From Eledone cirrhosa (Eukaryota), in assembly GCA_964016885.1 (NCBI GenBank), contig OZ024761.1, positions 11,036,001 through 11,100,000 of the forward strand: a stretch of 64,000 bases of DNA, written 5' to 3'. Below, piece after piece: positions 28,152-41,969 of the stretch. The translations under genes were made by a program, and so were the position numbers. Each line of letters begins with the position of its first letter. The stretch's first letter is position 1. The notes under the pieces were generated by a model that ran no database searches, was not told the origin of the DNA, and saw nothing but the letters and a program-made list of their open reading frames with translations.

Positions 28152-29662
28152 ATCATCATCATCATCATCATCATCAGCGTTTAACGTCCGTGTTCCACGC
28201 TTGCATGGGTTTGGACGGGGGTAGTCCCACTTGAGGCAAGAGTGATTGTCTTGCTCGCATAGGACTGTCTGGCAGGTTTTCTACAGTTGGATGCCCTTCC
28301 TAACACCAACCACATTTACAGTGTGGGTCTGGGAGGTTTTTACCGTGTTGCCTACACGGCCACATTACAGCGCGGACTGTGTGTTTTTTTGTCGTGACAC
28401 CTACACGATCTCATTTGTTTCGGCCTCGATGGCGCGGCACCAACATAACTTTACATAGAACGGGGTGGTGTGGATCGGGTGGGGGTGGTGGGACGGGGTG
28501 TATTTGTTAGAGATGCCTACTGGCTGGAGTAGGTTTTACTATATATTTAGGTAAGGCGGGTCTTCTCTGTTACTGAGTACCGCCAAAGGTCTCGGTCCAG
28601 TGACATTGTCTTGGAGAGGTGTAAGTGTGTGATGTCGGAGTTTATCAGCTCGTCCCAGGTTTTTCTAGGTCTGCCTATTCCGTGACTACCGTCTATCTTT
28701 ATTGCCCTGCACTTTGTTATACAGCTATCGACTTTCATGCGCATCACGTGTCCATACCAACGTAGCCTTCTCTCGAGTAAACAACATCTGATCCCTCTTA
28801 TCTCTAATTTATTCCTTAGTTCGTTTATGCTTTGCCGTTCACGTATATTACTGTTACACATCCAGCGGAGCATGCAAGCTTCGTTCCTCTCTAGTCTGCG
28901 TATATCCTCTGCACACAATGCCCAGGTCTCACTGCCATGCAGCATTGCTGTTCGTATGCAGGCATCGTACAACCTGCCTTTCATTTTTAGTGAGAACCCT
29001 TTAGCAGCTAATAGTGGTATAAGCTCTCTGAACTTTTTCCAACCAGTTCTGACTCTAGCTACAGTACTTTCAGAGCACCCTCCCCCACTGCTGATTTTAT
29101 CGCCCAGGTAACGGAAGCTGTCCACTATTTCTATAGAACCCTCTGCGCAATTGAAAGAGCTAGTAGTTTGTGGGCACTTGCTGCTACTTATTGCACCAGA
29201 GCACCGGCCACATGTAAAATCTATGTTCTTAGTTAGCCTACCTGTGATCCCACTACATCTTTTATGCACCCATACTTTGCATTTAGGACATAAAATGGAG
29301 TTTCTACCTACGCCTTTCCTACACACCGAGCACGACCATTTCCCAGAAGGGACCGCCGCCTTGTTTTCTTTCCTACAAACTAGTACTTTGGTCTTAGCCA
29401 GGTTAATTTTAAGTCCTTTTGACTCTAGGCCGTGCTTCCATGTTTGGAATTTCTTCTCTAGCTCGGCCATTGATTCCGCTATGAGTGTCAGGTCGTCTGC
29501 GTATAGGAGTTCCCATGGGCAGCCTGTCTTGAACTCCTCTGTTATGGCCTGAAGGGCAATAATAAATAGTAGTGGACTGAGAACAGAGCCCTGATGGACG
29601 CCGACTTTTACGCTAAACTCTTCACTATATTCGTTGTTAATTCTAACCTTGCTGACTGTTTC
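28152..29662 (-). mobile_element. 5'-truncated RTE LINE, second family (RT C-half + PHD insert, ~390-bp 3' UTR, (ATG)n tail)
   Basis: Stop-free frame from ~29660 ([27 protein letters not shown]) to the stop at 28547; clearly homologous to but diverged from the 57188 ORF. Confidence 0.94.
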
Positions 29663-29807
29663 TATATATATATATTTATATATACTGTTTCTATATATAT
29701 ATATTTATACACATACATATATATATATATATATATATGTATGTGTATAAATATATATATATATATATGTATGTGTATAAATATATATATATGTATGTAT
29801 GTGTATA

Positions 29808-29840
<33 letters not shown>

Positions 29841-29881
29841 ATAAATATATATATATGTATGTATGTGTATGTATGTGTATA

Positions 29882-29914
<33 letters not shown>

Positions 29915-29951
29915 ATAAATATATATATATATATATATGTGTATGTATGTG

Positions 29952-29990
<39 letters not shown>

Positions 29991-30229
29991 ATAAATATAT
30001 ATATATATATATATGTGTATGTATGTGTATAAATATATATATATATATGTATGTGTATAAATATATATATATGTATGTATGTGTATATATATATATGTAC
30101 TCTATCCTGACCTCCAATACTAGCCATGCATGGTTACACGCTTGTAAAAATTATCTCCTGTGATTATTCATGTTTATATTTATTTATATATATGTTAATC
30201 AATTTCTAGTAATTATATATATATATATA

Positions 30230-31495
30230 TGTATTTTGTTTTAGTCTCATTCATTCTCAGCCCCACACTCATCGACAGTCTCAACCTCCCGCATCAAATC
30301 CTCTGCCTCCTTCACTGTGTTTGTCACCAAAACTATGTCGTCGGCAAATTCAGCATCCGATATCTTTTTTGCCCTAACTCTCCTGCTCTGAGCCGGTGCT
30401 ACAGTAAAGCCAGAGTCCTGGTGTTTCTCCAGTGCAAGGCACATACAATAGTCCACTACGATGATAGAAAGGTAGGGAGCCAATGTATCTCCCTGGAGCA
30501 CTCCAGCCAGTATCTCAAAGAGCTCCGTCATCCCGTCAGGTGTAATGACTTAGGCTCTGGTGTTAGTGTAGAGCAGTGATATCAGGTCCACTATCTTCTT
30601 GGGGATTCCATAAGCCTGTAAGATCTTCATCAGGCAGTGACGGTCCACAGAATCAAAGGCCTTCCTAAAGTCAATGAAAACCATGACCGCATGAAAGCAC
30701 TTTGCTCTAGCTCCCTCTAATATCCCCCTCAGCATCAGGATGTGACTGGTGGTTGATCTACCCTCTCTGAAGCCATTCTGGTTGTCCCTGAGCTTCTTCT
30801 CCATATCAGGCTGGATCCTGTTAAGAATCATCCTGTTGAGGGTCTTTGCCACAAGTGACGTCAGTGAGGTCCCCCTGTAGATGTTGGTGTTAGAGAGATC
30901 TCCCTTCTTTGGCACTGGGATGATGTTACTGATCCTCCACTGATTCAGGGCAACTCCTTTCTCCAGTGCCTGGTTACAGAACCCCAGGATGATATCATCA
31001 AAATCACACCTCTTCATCACCTCTGATGCCACTCCATCTTCCCCATGAGCCTTGCACTCCTTGGTCTTCTTCTTGGCTCTCTGAAGCTCCTCTCTGGTGA
31101 AGGGCTCTGTCTCAATATCCAATTCTTCAAACATTGGTGGATGGGTGCTACACGAGAATGCTGAGGATGGCTCTGAACATTAATCAGTATACACTGAGGA
31201 TGAAAAACTCAGCTGTATGGGAGCCTCCTAAAAGTCAGCTCAAAAGTGACACAGAGGAGACTGAGGTTAGCTGCACATGCTCACCGACATCCAGAGTTGG
31301 CATTGCACTCAGTGCTCCTGTGGGAGCCCCTACATGGACACACTGGAAGAGGAAGACCAAGGTTAACGTATGTTGATGCCCTAAGGACAGACACTGGTCT
31401 GTTGGAGACGCAGGACATGACAGCGATAATGAGGGACAGAGACCGCTGGAGAGAACTCGTCCATGGATCTCGGGAATTTTACCCGCCCTAGATAA
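30230..31495. mobile_element. RTE-group LINE (third family) with 5' inversion: RT on minus strand 30230-31134, C-terminus on plus strand 31135-31495
   Basis: Minus: QNGFR..FIDFRKAFDS..GVLQGDTLAP..FADD with a stop and a frameshift. Plus: DGCYTRMLR..RRLRLA..GRGRP..DRDRWR. Confidence 0.88.
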
Positions 31496-31544
31496 ATATA
31501 TGTATACACATACATATATATATATATATATATATGTATACACA

Positions 31545-31588
<44 letters not shown>

Positions 31589-32089
31589 TATAACATTGAT
31601 AGGTTTTGGCCACTATTGGCCCAGGCCATGTCTAATATGTATATATACACACATATATATGTATATATATATATATACATACATATACATACATATATAT
31701 ATACATATACATACATATATATATACATATATACATACATATATATAAATATACATATACATAAATATACATATATACATATACATATACAAAGAGTAGT
31801 TTAAGAACAGTCATCTAAAATTACATTGCATTATTCTCCAATGTCAATATATATTTGACCAATAAATATCCAATGTTTTATAAATATTTCTTCTGTAAAA
31901 TAAACACATATGGCTTCAACAATTACTGTTGCTATGGATATATTCAAAGTTGTTTGAGAAATGCCTTTATTTAAACAATATCTCACTGTACAAGGTTGTA
32001 TTTCAGGTGATTTCTCAGGGTTTGTTTATGATAGATGTAAAATGATGATGATGATGACTGCAGTTCTATCGTGTAAAGTAACATGAAAT

Positions 32090-34420
32090 GAAGTGTCTTG
32101 CAGCTCCGATGTCTGGCAACTGACTTGGTAAACACCCACAAGATTATTAACCATCTTGCCAACAACAACCCTGCACACCTTTTTTTATCTCCACGTGTCT
32201 AACACAAGTGGGCATGTCTACAAAGTCAGGAAACAGCACAGCTCCCATGACTTTCAGAAACATTTTTTCACACTCAGAGTTGCTGAAGCATGGAACAAAC
32301 ACCCTGTATCAGTTGTTAGCTGTCAAGACACAGCAATCTTTAAAACCTCCATGGAACAAACTCCCTGCATCAGTTGTTAGCTGTCAAGACACAGCAATCT
32401 TTAAAACCTCCATGGAACAAACTCCCTGCATCAGTTGTCAGCTGTCGAGACACTGCATCCTTTAAAACCTCCATGGAACAAACTCCCTGCATCAGTTGTT
32501 AGCTGTCGAGACACTGCATCCTTTAAAACCTCCATGGAACAAACTACCTGCATCAGTTGTTAGCTGTCGAGACACTGCATCCTTTAAAACCTCCATGGAA
32601 CAAACTCCCTGCATCAGTTGTTAGCTGTCGAGACACTGCATCCTTTAAAACCTCCATGGAACAAACTCCCTGCATCAGTTGTTAGCTGTTGGGACACTGC
32701 ATCCTTTAAAACCTCCATGGAACAAACTCCCTGCATCAGTTGTTAGCTGTTGGGACACTGCATCCTTTAAAACCTCCATGGAACAAACTACCTGTATCAG
32801 TTGTTAGCTGTTGGGACACTGCATCCTTTAAAACCTCCATGGAACAAACTACCTGCATCAGTTGTTAGCTGTTGGGACACTGCATCCTTTAAAACCTCCA
32901 TGGAACAAACTACCTGCATCAGTTGTTAGCTGTCGAGACACTGCATCCTTTAAAACCTCCATGGAACAAACTCCCTGCATCAGTTGTTAGCTGTCGAGAC
33001 ACTGCATCCTTTAAAACCTCCATGGAACAAACTACCTGCATCAGTTGTTAGCTGTCGAGACACTGCATCCTTTAAAACCTCCATGGAACAAACTCCCTGC
33101 ATCAGTTGTTAGCTGTCGAGGCACTGCATCCTTTAAAACCTCCATGGAACAAACTCCCTGCATCAGTTGTTAGCTGTTGGGACACTGCATCCTTTAAAAC
33201 CTCCATGGAACAAACTCCCTGCATCAGTTGCTAGCTGTTGGGACACTGCATCCTTTAAAACCTCCATGGAACAAACTACCTGTATCAGTTGTTAGCTCTT
33301 GGGACGCTGCATCCTTTAAAACCTCCATGGAACAAACTACTTGCATCAGTTGTTAGCTGTTGGGACACTGCATCCTTTAAAACCTCCATGGAACAAACTC
33401 CCTGCATCAGTTGTTAGCTGTCGAGACACTGCATCCTTTAAAACCTCCATGGAACAAACTCCCTGCATCAGTTGTTAGCTGTCGAGACACTGCATCCTTT
33501 AAAACCTCCATGGAACAAACTCCCTGCATCAGTTGTTAGCTGTTGGGACACTGCATCCTTTAAAACCTCCATGGACCAAACTCCCTGCATCAGTTGTTGG
33601 CTGTTGGGACACTGCATCCTTTAAAACCTCCATGGAACAAACTACCTGTATCAGTTGTTAGCTGTTGGGACACTGCATCCTTTAAAACCTCCATGGAACA
33701 AACTACCTGCATCAGTTGTTAGCTGTTGGGACACTGCATCCTTTAAAACCTCCATGGAACAAACTACCTGCATCAGTTGTTAGCTGTCGAGACACTGCAT
33801 CCTTTAAAACCTCCATGGAACAAACTCCCTGCATCAGTTGTTAGCTGTCGAGACACTGCATCCTTTAAAACCTCCATGGAACAAACTACCTGCATCAGTT
33901 GTTAGCTGTCGAGACACTGCATCCTTTAAAACCTCCATGGAACAAACTCCCTGCATCAGTTGTTAGCTGTCGAGACACTGCATCCTTTAAAACCTCCATG
34001 GAACAAACTACCTGCATCAGTTGTTAGCTGTTGGGACACTGCATCCTTTAAAACCTCCATGGAACAAACTCCCTGCATCAGTTGTTAGCTGTTGGGACAC
34101 TGCATCCTTTAAAACCTCCATGGAACAAACTACCTGCATCAGTTGTTAGCTGTTGGGACACTGCATCCTTTAAAACCTCCATGGAACAAACTACCTGCAT
34201 CAGTTGTTAGCTGTCGAGACACTGCATCCTTTAAAACCTCGATGCTTCCTGCGATTCGCCAACACTACACCCGGTATCCCCCTCCATACACACGCACACA
34301 TGTATATCATGACTCGTACACTGTTTACTTTCCTGACATTTGTACATTATTCTATGTACTATACATACACATTTGATGAGTTGTAGTGCATCTGAGCACT
34401 GTACACAATAATTTTCATTA
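32090..34420 (+). mobile_element. CR1/L2-like LINE 3' fragment with internal 60-bp tandem array
   Basis: Same element as 15015-16335 in the opposite orientation; extra 3'-end duplications at ~34490-34560 and ~34620-34738. Confidence 0.82.
32288..34240. repeat. 60-bp tandem array, ~32 copies
   Basis: Unit CATGGAACAAACTMCCTGCATCAGTTGTTAGCTGTCGAGACACTGCATCCTTTAAAACCTC. Confidence 0.97.
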
Positions 34421-35150
34421 TGTACATGGTGTGTGTATATAATAGTGTTTATATAATGGTGTGTTGTGTATGTATGTCTGTGTGTATATCATGATTCATA
34501 CACTGTTCACTTTCTTGAGTAGTAGTGCACCTGAGCACTGTACACAATCATTTTCATTATATAAATGGTGTGTGTATATAATGGTATATATATAATGGTG
34601 TGTGGTGTGTGTGTATGTGTATTATGACTCGTACATTATTCACTTTTCTGACATTTGTACATTATTCTATGTACTATGCACCTTTGATGAGTTGTAGTGC
34701 ACCTGAGCACTGTACACAATAATTTCATTATTATTTTATTTTAGAACCCAACATACTGGCCTTATGCTGGCCACCAAACTCACCACTTTACAATTATCCT
34801 GAACTAAACACACTAACCATAAAACTACCACACCTTCCTACTACTAAATAATTTGACATTAAAATAACATGAACTAAAACAGCAAACAAGAAAGAGGAAT
34901 AAAATAAATAGGCTGGAAATGTCAACATAGCTACATTTTAAAAGATAAATAAATAGAGAATAGTAAAAACTTAAGTGTTTTGATTATAAGATTAAAAGTA
35001 GACAATTTCAAACAGTTAAACACCACTTAGAGAATATTTTACCCATTAAACTGGTCGGCAAAGATATTGTAGTTAAAAAGATCTTTAAAAGACAAATTAG
35101 GAAAACAGCAGACTTTTTCAATTGAAAATGTTTAACTCTTTCCTGCCATA

Positions 35151-36035
35151 TCTATATATATAAAACTGAGGATGTATGTCTGTGTGTGTTTGAATCCCTA
35201 AAACTAGAAAACCACCCAACCGACTGTTTTCAAACTTTACACATGTAATACTTATGTTTCAAAAAGGGTTCTGAGCAAAAAAAATTTCAAATTATCAATG
35301 CCCTAGGGACTGCATTAGGCGATTTAGCGATCTCTCTATATAATTCTTAGTCTTTCTCTTTTTAGATAGATACATACATATAACGTCGCGCCCTTATAAT
35401 ATCTATCTGTATGTCTGACTGTCTGCATTACGTCACTTCCTTGAGGATGTCTGTCTGTGTGTGTCTGTGAGTTTGAATCCCTAAAACTTGAGAAGTACCC
35501 AAACTTTACATGTGTATTACTTATGTTTCAGGGAGTGATATGCATATAAAATTCAACATTTTGTCTCCTAGGGCCTGCATTAGGTGAAAAACTGTGTTTT
35601 TTAAGCTTTTTAGGGTTTTTTGAGGCGTTACATCAGACCGATTTCCTTGAAATTGTAACTATGTATTAGTTAGTCTCTTCTTCATACCATGAGCAAAGAA
35701 AATCCAACTTTGTTATGGCCTAGGGCACGCGTTAGGTGAAAAACTTCATTTTTTCAGCTTTTTAGGGCTTTTTGGAGGCATTACGCCTAGCCGATTTTCC
35801 GGAAATTTCAAAGCATATTATGCACATAAAAAAAATACATTTTCTTGATCCCCTAGGACCTGCATTAGGTGAAAACCTGCATTTTTCCTGCTTCATCGAG
35901 ATTATCCAGCCTTCAGAGTATTCAGTTTATTTTCTTTCCATATTGTCCAGGCATGCAGTTTTTCCACGATTGGGTCTGTTGGCGGCCCGCGTTCCAAAAT
36001 ACCTTATCCCGTGCAACGCCGGGTACCACTGCTAG
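35151..36035 (+). mobile_element. Non-autonomous Helitron
   Basis: A|TCTATATATATAAAA 5' end, subterminal hairpin CCCGTGCAACGCCGGG, and CTAG|T 3' end; inserted between A and T; degenerate internal CCTAGG-containing repeats. Confidence 0.82.
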
Positions 36036-36194
36036 TTTTTAATGAAATCTATATATTAATACGCTAATACCTACGTACCGTACGTACGAGCATGTGTCAC
36101 ACTTTCAGTAAAACAATGGAAGTGGGGTGGTAAACAATCTACAACAATCTACGGCCAAAGAAAATCAAAGAGCGTTACAGCATTTGGAAAGGAG

Positions 36195-36620
36195 AGAGAG
36201 AGGGGGTTATAATATAGAGAGAGGGGGTTCTAATATAGAGAGAGGGGGTTATAATATAGAGAGAGGGGGTTATAATGTAGAGAGAGGGGGTTATAATATA
36301 GAGAGAGGGGGTTATAATGTAGAGAAATGAATAGGTTATTATATATGATATATATATAGAGAGAGAGAGAGGGAGTTACACTATATTTAGAGAGAGGGGA
36401 TTATACTATATTTAAAGAGAGGGGTTTATAATATAGAGAAAGGGATGGGTTATAATATATAGAGAGAAGGGGGTTATAATATAGAGAAAGGGGGTTAAAT
36501 ATATATATAGAGAGAGGGGTCTTATAATATATATAGAGGGTGGTTTTAATAGGGAAAGGGATGGGTTTATATGTAAAGAGAGGAGGGGGTTTAATATATT
36601 TAGAGAGAGGGGATTATCTG
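36195..36620. repeat. ~21-bp purine-rich minisatellite (GAGAGAGGGGGTTATAATATA), degenerating rightwards
   Basis: Direct inspection. Confidence 0.85.
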
Positions 36621-36681
36621 TGAATTTTTTCACGGGTCCAGCTTCTACTATATAAATATGGTTTGGAAAATAATATAGGAT

Positions 36682-37838
36682 TTAACACTTTAGCATTCAA
36701 ACTGGCCAGAATTCTCTCACCCCTTTCTGTTCAAACTGGCTGTAACTGGCCAGAATTCTCTCACCTCTTTCTGTTCAAACTGGCTGTAACTGGCCAGAAT
36801 TCTCTCACCCCTTTCTGTTCAAACTGGCTATAACTGGCCAGAATTCTCTCACCTCTTTCTGTTCAAACTGGCTGTAACTGGCCAGAATTCTCTCACCCCT
36901 TTCTGTTCAAACTGGCTGTAACTGGCCAGAATTCTTTCACCTCTTTCTGTTCAAACTGGCTGTAAACTGGCCAGAATTCTCTCACCCCTTTCTGTTCAAA
37001 CTGGCTATAACTGGCCAGAATTCTCTCACCTCTTTCTGTTCAAACTGGCTGTAACTGGCCAGAATTCTCTTACCCCTTTCTGTTCAAACTGGCTGTAACT
37101 GACCAGAATTCTCTCACCTCTTTCTGTTCAAACTGGCTGTAACTGGCCAGAATTCTCTTACCCCTTTCTGTTCAAACTGGCTATAACTGGCCAGAATTCT
37201 CTCACCTCTTTCTGTTCAAACTGGCTGTAACTGGACAGAATTCTCTTACCTCTTTCTGTTCAAACTGGCTGTAACTGGCCAGAATTCTCTTACCTCTTTC
37301 TGTTCAAACTGGCTGTAACTGGACAGAATTCTCTCACCTCTTTCTGTTCAAACTGGCTGTAACTGGCCAGAATTCTCTCACCCCTTTCTGTTCAAACTGG
37401 CTATAACTGGCCAGAATTCTCTCACCTCTTTCTGTTCAAACTGGCTGTAACTGGCCAGAATTCTCTCACCTCTTTCTGTTCAAACTGGCTGTAACTGGCC
37501 AGAATTCTCTTACCCCTTTCTGTTCAAACTGGCTGTAACTGGCCAGAATTCTCTTACCCCTTTCTGTTCAAACTGGCTGTAACTGGCCAGAATTCTCTCA
37601 CCTCTTTCTGTTCAAACTGGCTGTAACTGGCCAGAATTCTCTTACCCCTTTCTGTTCAAACTGGCTGTAACTGGCCAGAATTCTCTCACCACTTTCTGTT
37701 CAAACTGGCCCCTCATACTGTTGTTAAGGTATTGTTCTCAAAATAAATAATATTCAAAATCTCATAGATTCGATATAATGTAAGGTAAAGCCTTTAGCAC
37801 AAAATATAATAGTATATATAGAGTAATGTAAGGGTTAA
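36682..37838. mobile_element. piggyBac-like MITE containing a 44-bp tandem array (~23 copies, 36702-37710)
   Basis: TTAA ends; flanks are the reverse complement of the MITE at 18143-18377; unit CTGGCCAGAATTCTCTCACCYCTTTCTGTTCAAACTGGCTGTAA. Confidence 0.85.
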
Positions 37839-37879
37839 AGGGATTTAGTAATAGGATAAATAAAAGAGTTCTCTCTATG

Positions 37880-38910
37880 TACAAAAGGATGGCTGTATGA
37901 CACCTGTGTGTGAAGTACAATGCTACATGGTAGTGAAACATGAGTTGTGACTAGAGAGGACATGTGGTGCTACATGGTAATGAAACATGGGATGTGACTG
38001 CAGAGGACATCTTGTGATAGATGGTAGTGAAACTTGGGCTGTGACAACAGAGGACATGTGGTGCTGCACAGTAGTGAAACTTGGGTTGTGGCTGCAGAGG
38101 ACATGTGGTGCTACATGGTAGTGAAACGTGGGCTGTGACTGTAGAGGACATATGGTGCTACATGGTAGTGAAACATGGGTTGTGGCTGCAGAGGACATGT
38201 GGTGCTGCATGGTAGTGAAACATGGGTTGTGGCTGCAGAGGACATGTGGTGCTACATGGTAGTGAAACATTGGCTGTGGCTACAGAGGACATGTGGTGTT
38301 GCATGGTAGTGAAACATGGGTTGTGGCTGCAGAGGATATGTGGTGCTACATGGTAGTGAAACATTGGCTGTGGCTACAGAGGACATGTGGTGTTGCATGG
38401 TAGTGAAACATGGGCTGTGACTGCAGAGAACATCTGGTGCTACATGGTAGTGAAACATGGGCTGTGACTGGAGAGGACACATGTAGGCTGGAGAGAAATG
38501 AAGCAACCCTGCTTCGTTGGATGTGCAATGTTAAATGTGAGAGAACGACAGAGCTTGGATGAACTGAGGGAGAAGCTGGGTTTAAGAGAAACCAGATGTG
38601 GTGAGCAGGAGAGAAGACTGCGTTGGTATGGATAATTGGATGATGATCACATGGGTATTGATCGGTGGGTGAAGAAGTGGCAGGAAATCCCAATGGAAGG
38701 AAGTTGCAGTAGAGGAAGACCAAGATAGGCCTGAGCAGAGGTGGTGAGCACTGATCTCAAATCACTGTGACTCACAGAGGAGAATAAGGACACAGAGAAC
38801 TAAGGACTGTAGTCAGGAGAGAGATGCTATGCTGAAAAGGACCTGTCCAACCCATGCAAGCGTGGAAAAATTTACACAGAAACGACGATGATGATGATGA
38901 TGATGATGAT
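37880..38910 (+). mobile_element. Decayed RTE 3' fragment containing a 47-bp tandem array (~12 copies, 37921-38480)
   Basis: Unit corresponds to the codons for [15 protein letters not shown]; followed by degenerate RLERNEA.LLRWMC..., the RTE 3' end and (GAT)n. Confidence 0.88.
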
Positions 38911-39231
38911 AAACATTTAAAACCAGAAGCCTAGAATCAGGAGAACTTTGATGGGGTTTTTTGTGTCAAATGAGTTAAAATGTAAATCAATGAAATTATA
39001 ATTTTAAAAAATATATATTTAAGTTTTCAAAATAAGAAAGCGTTGATATGTCGTTGTTTATCATTTAATGTTGTTGTTGTTGTTGTGGGGTGGAAGGGAG
39101 GTTATCTGTTTGTTTTTCTTAACGAGACAATTAAGGAAAGAGAGAAATTACTGAGAAATAACGAATTTAGTTAAGTGTTTTAAATGGTAATGTCTTGCAA
39201 ATAACTGATACACTTTTATTTTGGGACGAAG

Positions 39232-39285
<54 letters not shown>

Positions 39286-39409
39286 CACCAACATACACAT
39301 ACAGACAAGACAGGTAGGCATATGCAAATACTGACTGATATAAAACTCAGATAAATAGCCACAGACATACATAGATATACACATTTACATACATACATAT
39401 ATACATAGA

Positions 39410-39818
39410 TATGGTGGCTGCCAACTCGTTTTCGAGTATGGCCACTACTTTATATCCATGTAGGAGAACCCCTACTGATGCGCTGAACGAGTGTGACTTT
39501 TTAGTCCAGCCAGCGACATGAAAACTCTGGTACAAACACTACACTTGTGACAATTATTGACACATAGTGCTGGGCCCATGGTACCATGTGACGACAAGTC
39601 CAGAGAGATCTCCAGATATAAAGCAATGCCTGTGCCATGAAGCTTTTATAGTGAGCAAAGGCACTGCACAAAGCCAGTCCCACTCTCTTAACCAAGATGA
39701 TATTTACCAAAAAGAAGAACAAGTCAACATCATTGGATACCATCAGGGTTGCAGGTGTTATATCAGAGTTTTCCTTCTCCTAGAATTCTGCCTTGACAAA
39801 GGCTAAGGGGTCATCTCT
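39410..39818. repeat. Unclassified ~410-bp dispersed repeat, copy 1
   Basis: Near-identical to 54848-55263. Confidence 0.9.
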
Positions 39819-40027
39819 CTCGGTGATTTTGGATGGCCATTGACTCTTAAGAGCTCCTTTGCCCTTTGACAGGATATACACATTTACATACATACATATA
39901 TACATAGATATACACATAACTACAAATTTACATTTATACATACATACAAACACATACATACATGCAAACACACATACATATAAACACACAAACCAACATA
40001 TTTATACACATACATGCATGCATTACC

Positions 40028-40575
40028 ACACATAACATTTACATTACTCTATATATACTATTGTATTTTCACAGTAAAGGCTTTACCTCACATATCTCAC
40101 ATAACATTTACATTACTCTATATATACTATTGTATTTTCACAGTAAAGGCTTTACCTCACATATCTCACATAACATTTACATTACTCTATATATACTATT
40201 GTATTTTCACAGTAAAGACTTTACCTCACATATCTCACATAACATTTACATTACTCTATATATACTATTGTATTTTCACAGTAAAGCCTTTACCTCACAT
40301 AACATTTACATTACTCTATATATACTACTGTATTTTCACAGTAAAGGCTTTACCTCACATATCTCACATAACATTTACATTACTCTATATATACTATTAT
40401 ATTTTCACAGTAAAGGCTTTACCTCACATAATATCGAATCTATGAGATTTTGATATTATTTATTTTGAGATCAACACCTTAACATCAGTATGATCAGCCA
40501 GTTACATCCAATTTGAACAGAAATAGGTGAGAGAATTCTGGCTGGATATGGCCAGTTTAAATGCTAAAGGGTTAA
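40028..40575. mobile_element. piggyBac-like MITE with a 69/60-bp tandem array (~6 copies) of its left subterminal segment
   Basis: Right end GCTAAAGGGTTAA; body matches 18143-18377; left TIR obscured by the array. Confidence 0.8.
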
Positions 40576-40646
40576 TCTTAACATTTAGAAAGAGGGGAGG
40601 GAATGAACCATACAATATTTCTAGTCGGAGAGTAATGGTGAAGGCA

Positions 40647-40748
40647 GTAGAAAATGTTCTCTGTAAAGCCACTGTTGGCTATAGATCACTGTTATAGTAT
40701 GGTACTGCTCTATCAAAGATGTCCTTATTTAGAGGATAGATTAGAGAT
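40647..40748 (-). pseudogene. Penelope-like element RT-thumb remnant
   Basis: With frameshifts reads ISNLSS-NKDIFDRAVPYYNSDL-ANSGFTENIFY, resembling the post-RT segment of GIY-YIG Penelope-like elements (recalled motif, not searched). Confidence 0.45.
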
Positions 40749-41969
40749 TGTGTGTGTTTGTGTATATATATAAACATGTGTATGTGTGTACATGCATGTA
40801 TGTATGTGTATATATGTATATGTGTGGAGGGGTTGTTGATAAACATGTGTATGTGTGTAGATGTATGCAACAAATAGATAGGAACAACAAAATATGATGA
40901 TGTGTGTATATATATGTGTGTATATATATGTGTGTGTATATATATGTGTATATATATATGTGTATATATATATATATGTGTGTGTATATATATGTGTGTA
41001 TATATATGTGTGTGGGGAGGTTGTTTATAAATTTGAAATGAAGTAGATCTGACAGAAAGTTGGATAAAAGAGATAAATTGGAAAATGTATACACCTGTAC
41101 AACTACAACAACTACAACAACTACAACAACAACTACAACAACTACAACTACAATAATTGCTAAGTAAGAAAAATAACTGAAGATTAATTATTAAAGGTAA
41201 GATGAGAATAAAATAAGCAAACCCCAATGGTGGTGACTGGTGGTGGTGGTGACTGGTGGTGGTGACTGGTGGTGGTGGTGGTGGTGACTGGTGGTGGTGG
41301 TGGTCGTGACTGGTGGTGGTGGTGGTGATGGTGGTGGTGGTGGTGGTGGTGGTGGTGACTGGTGGTGGTGGTGGTGGTAGTGGTGGTGGTTCAGCTTATG
41401 AACTTTTCAGCTGATGTTTGTATTAACATCTTGAAGGTTTTGAGATGTTAATACAAAAACGAGGCCCCCATGAGTGTATACCCCTAAGCTAAAGCTTATT
41501 AAACTTATAACTAAGACCAGCACGAAGGGTTTTTCTGTTGGGGTTTTACAAGTGTGTATCTCATAGGGGTTTTCTTGAGTATTTTAATGATAGGAGCTTC
41601 CAGTCCTATCATTTTGTTGTTACAGCTCACACCTATGTGAGCTAAACCTACAAAGGTGTGAGCTGTAACAAGCTGAAAGGACTGAGGTCTTTATCATTAA
41701 AACACCTGAGAAACCTCCTATGAGATACAACCTTGTAACAGACCAACCAAACCTACAAAGGTGTGAGCTGTAACAAGCTGAAAGGACTGAGGTCTTTATC
41801 ATTAAAACACCTGAGAAACCTCCTATGAGATACAACCTCGTAACAGACCAACCAAACCTACAAAGGTGTGAGCTGTAACAGCAAGATTAGGTAGGAATTT
41901 GGCAGTAGTGGACTTATTTTTAGAGATCTGAAAACATGTTATTGTTGTGAGTCTAACTTCTGAGTTCTT

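Noticed and set aside
31987-32065. Minus-strand exon candidate
   Set aside because: Overlaps GATGTAAAATGATGATG, which looks like an RTE tail remnant; evidence too weak.
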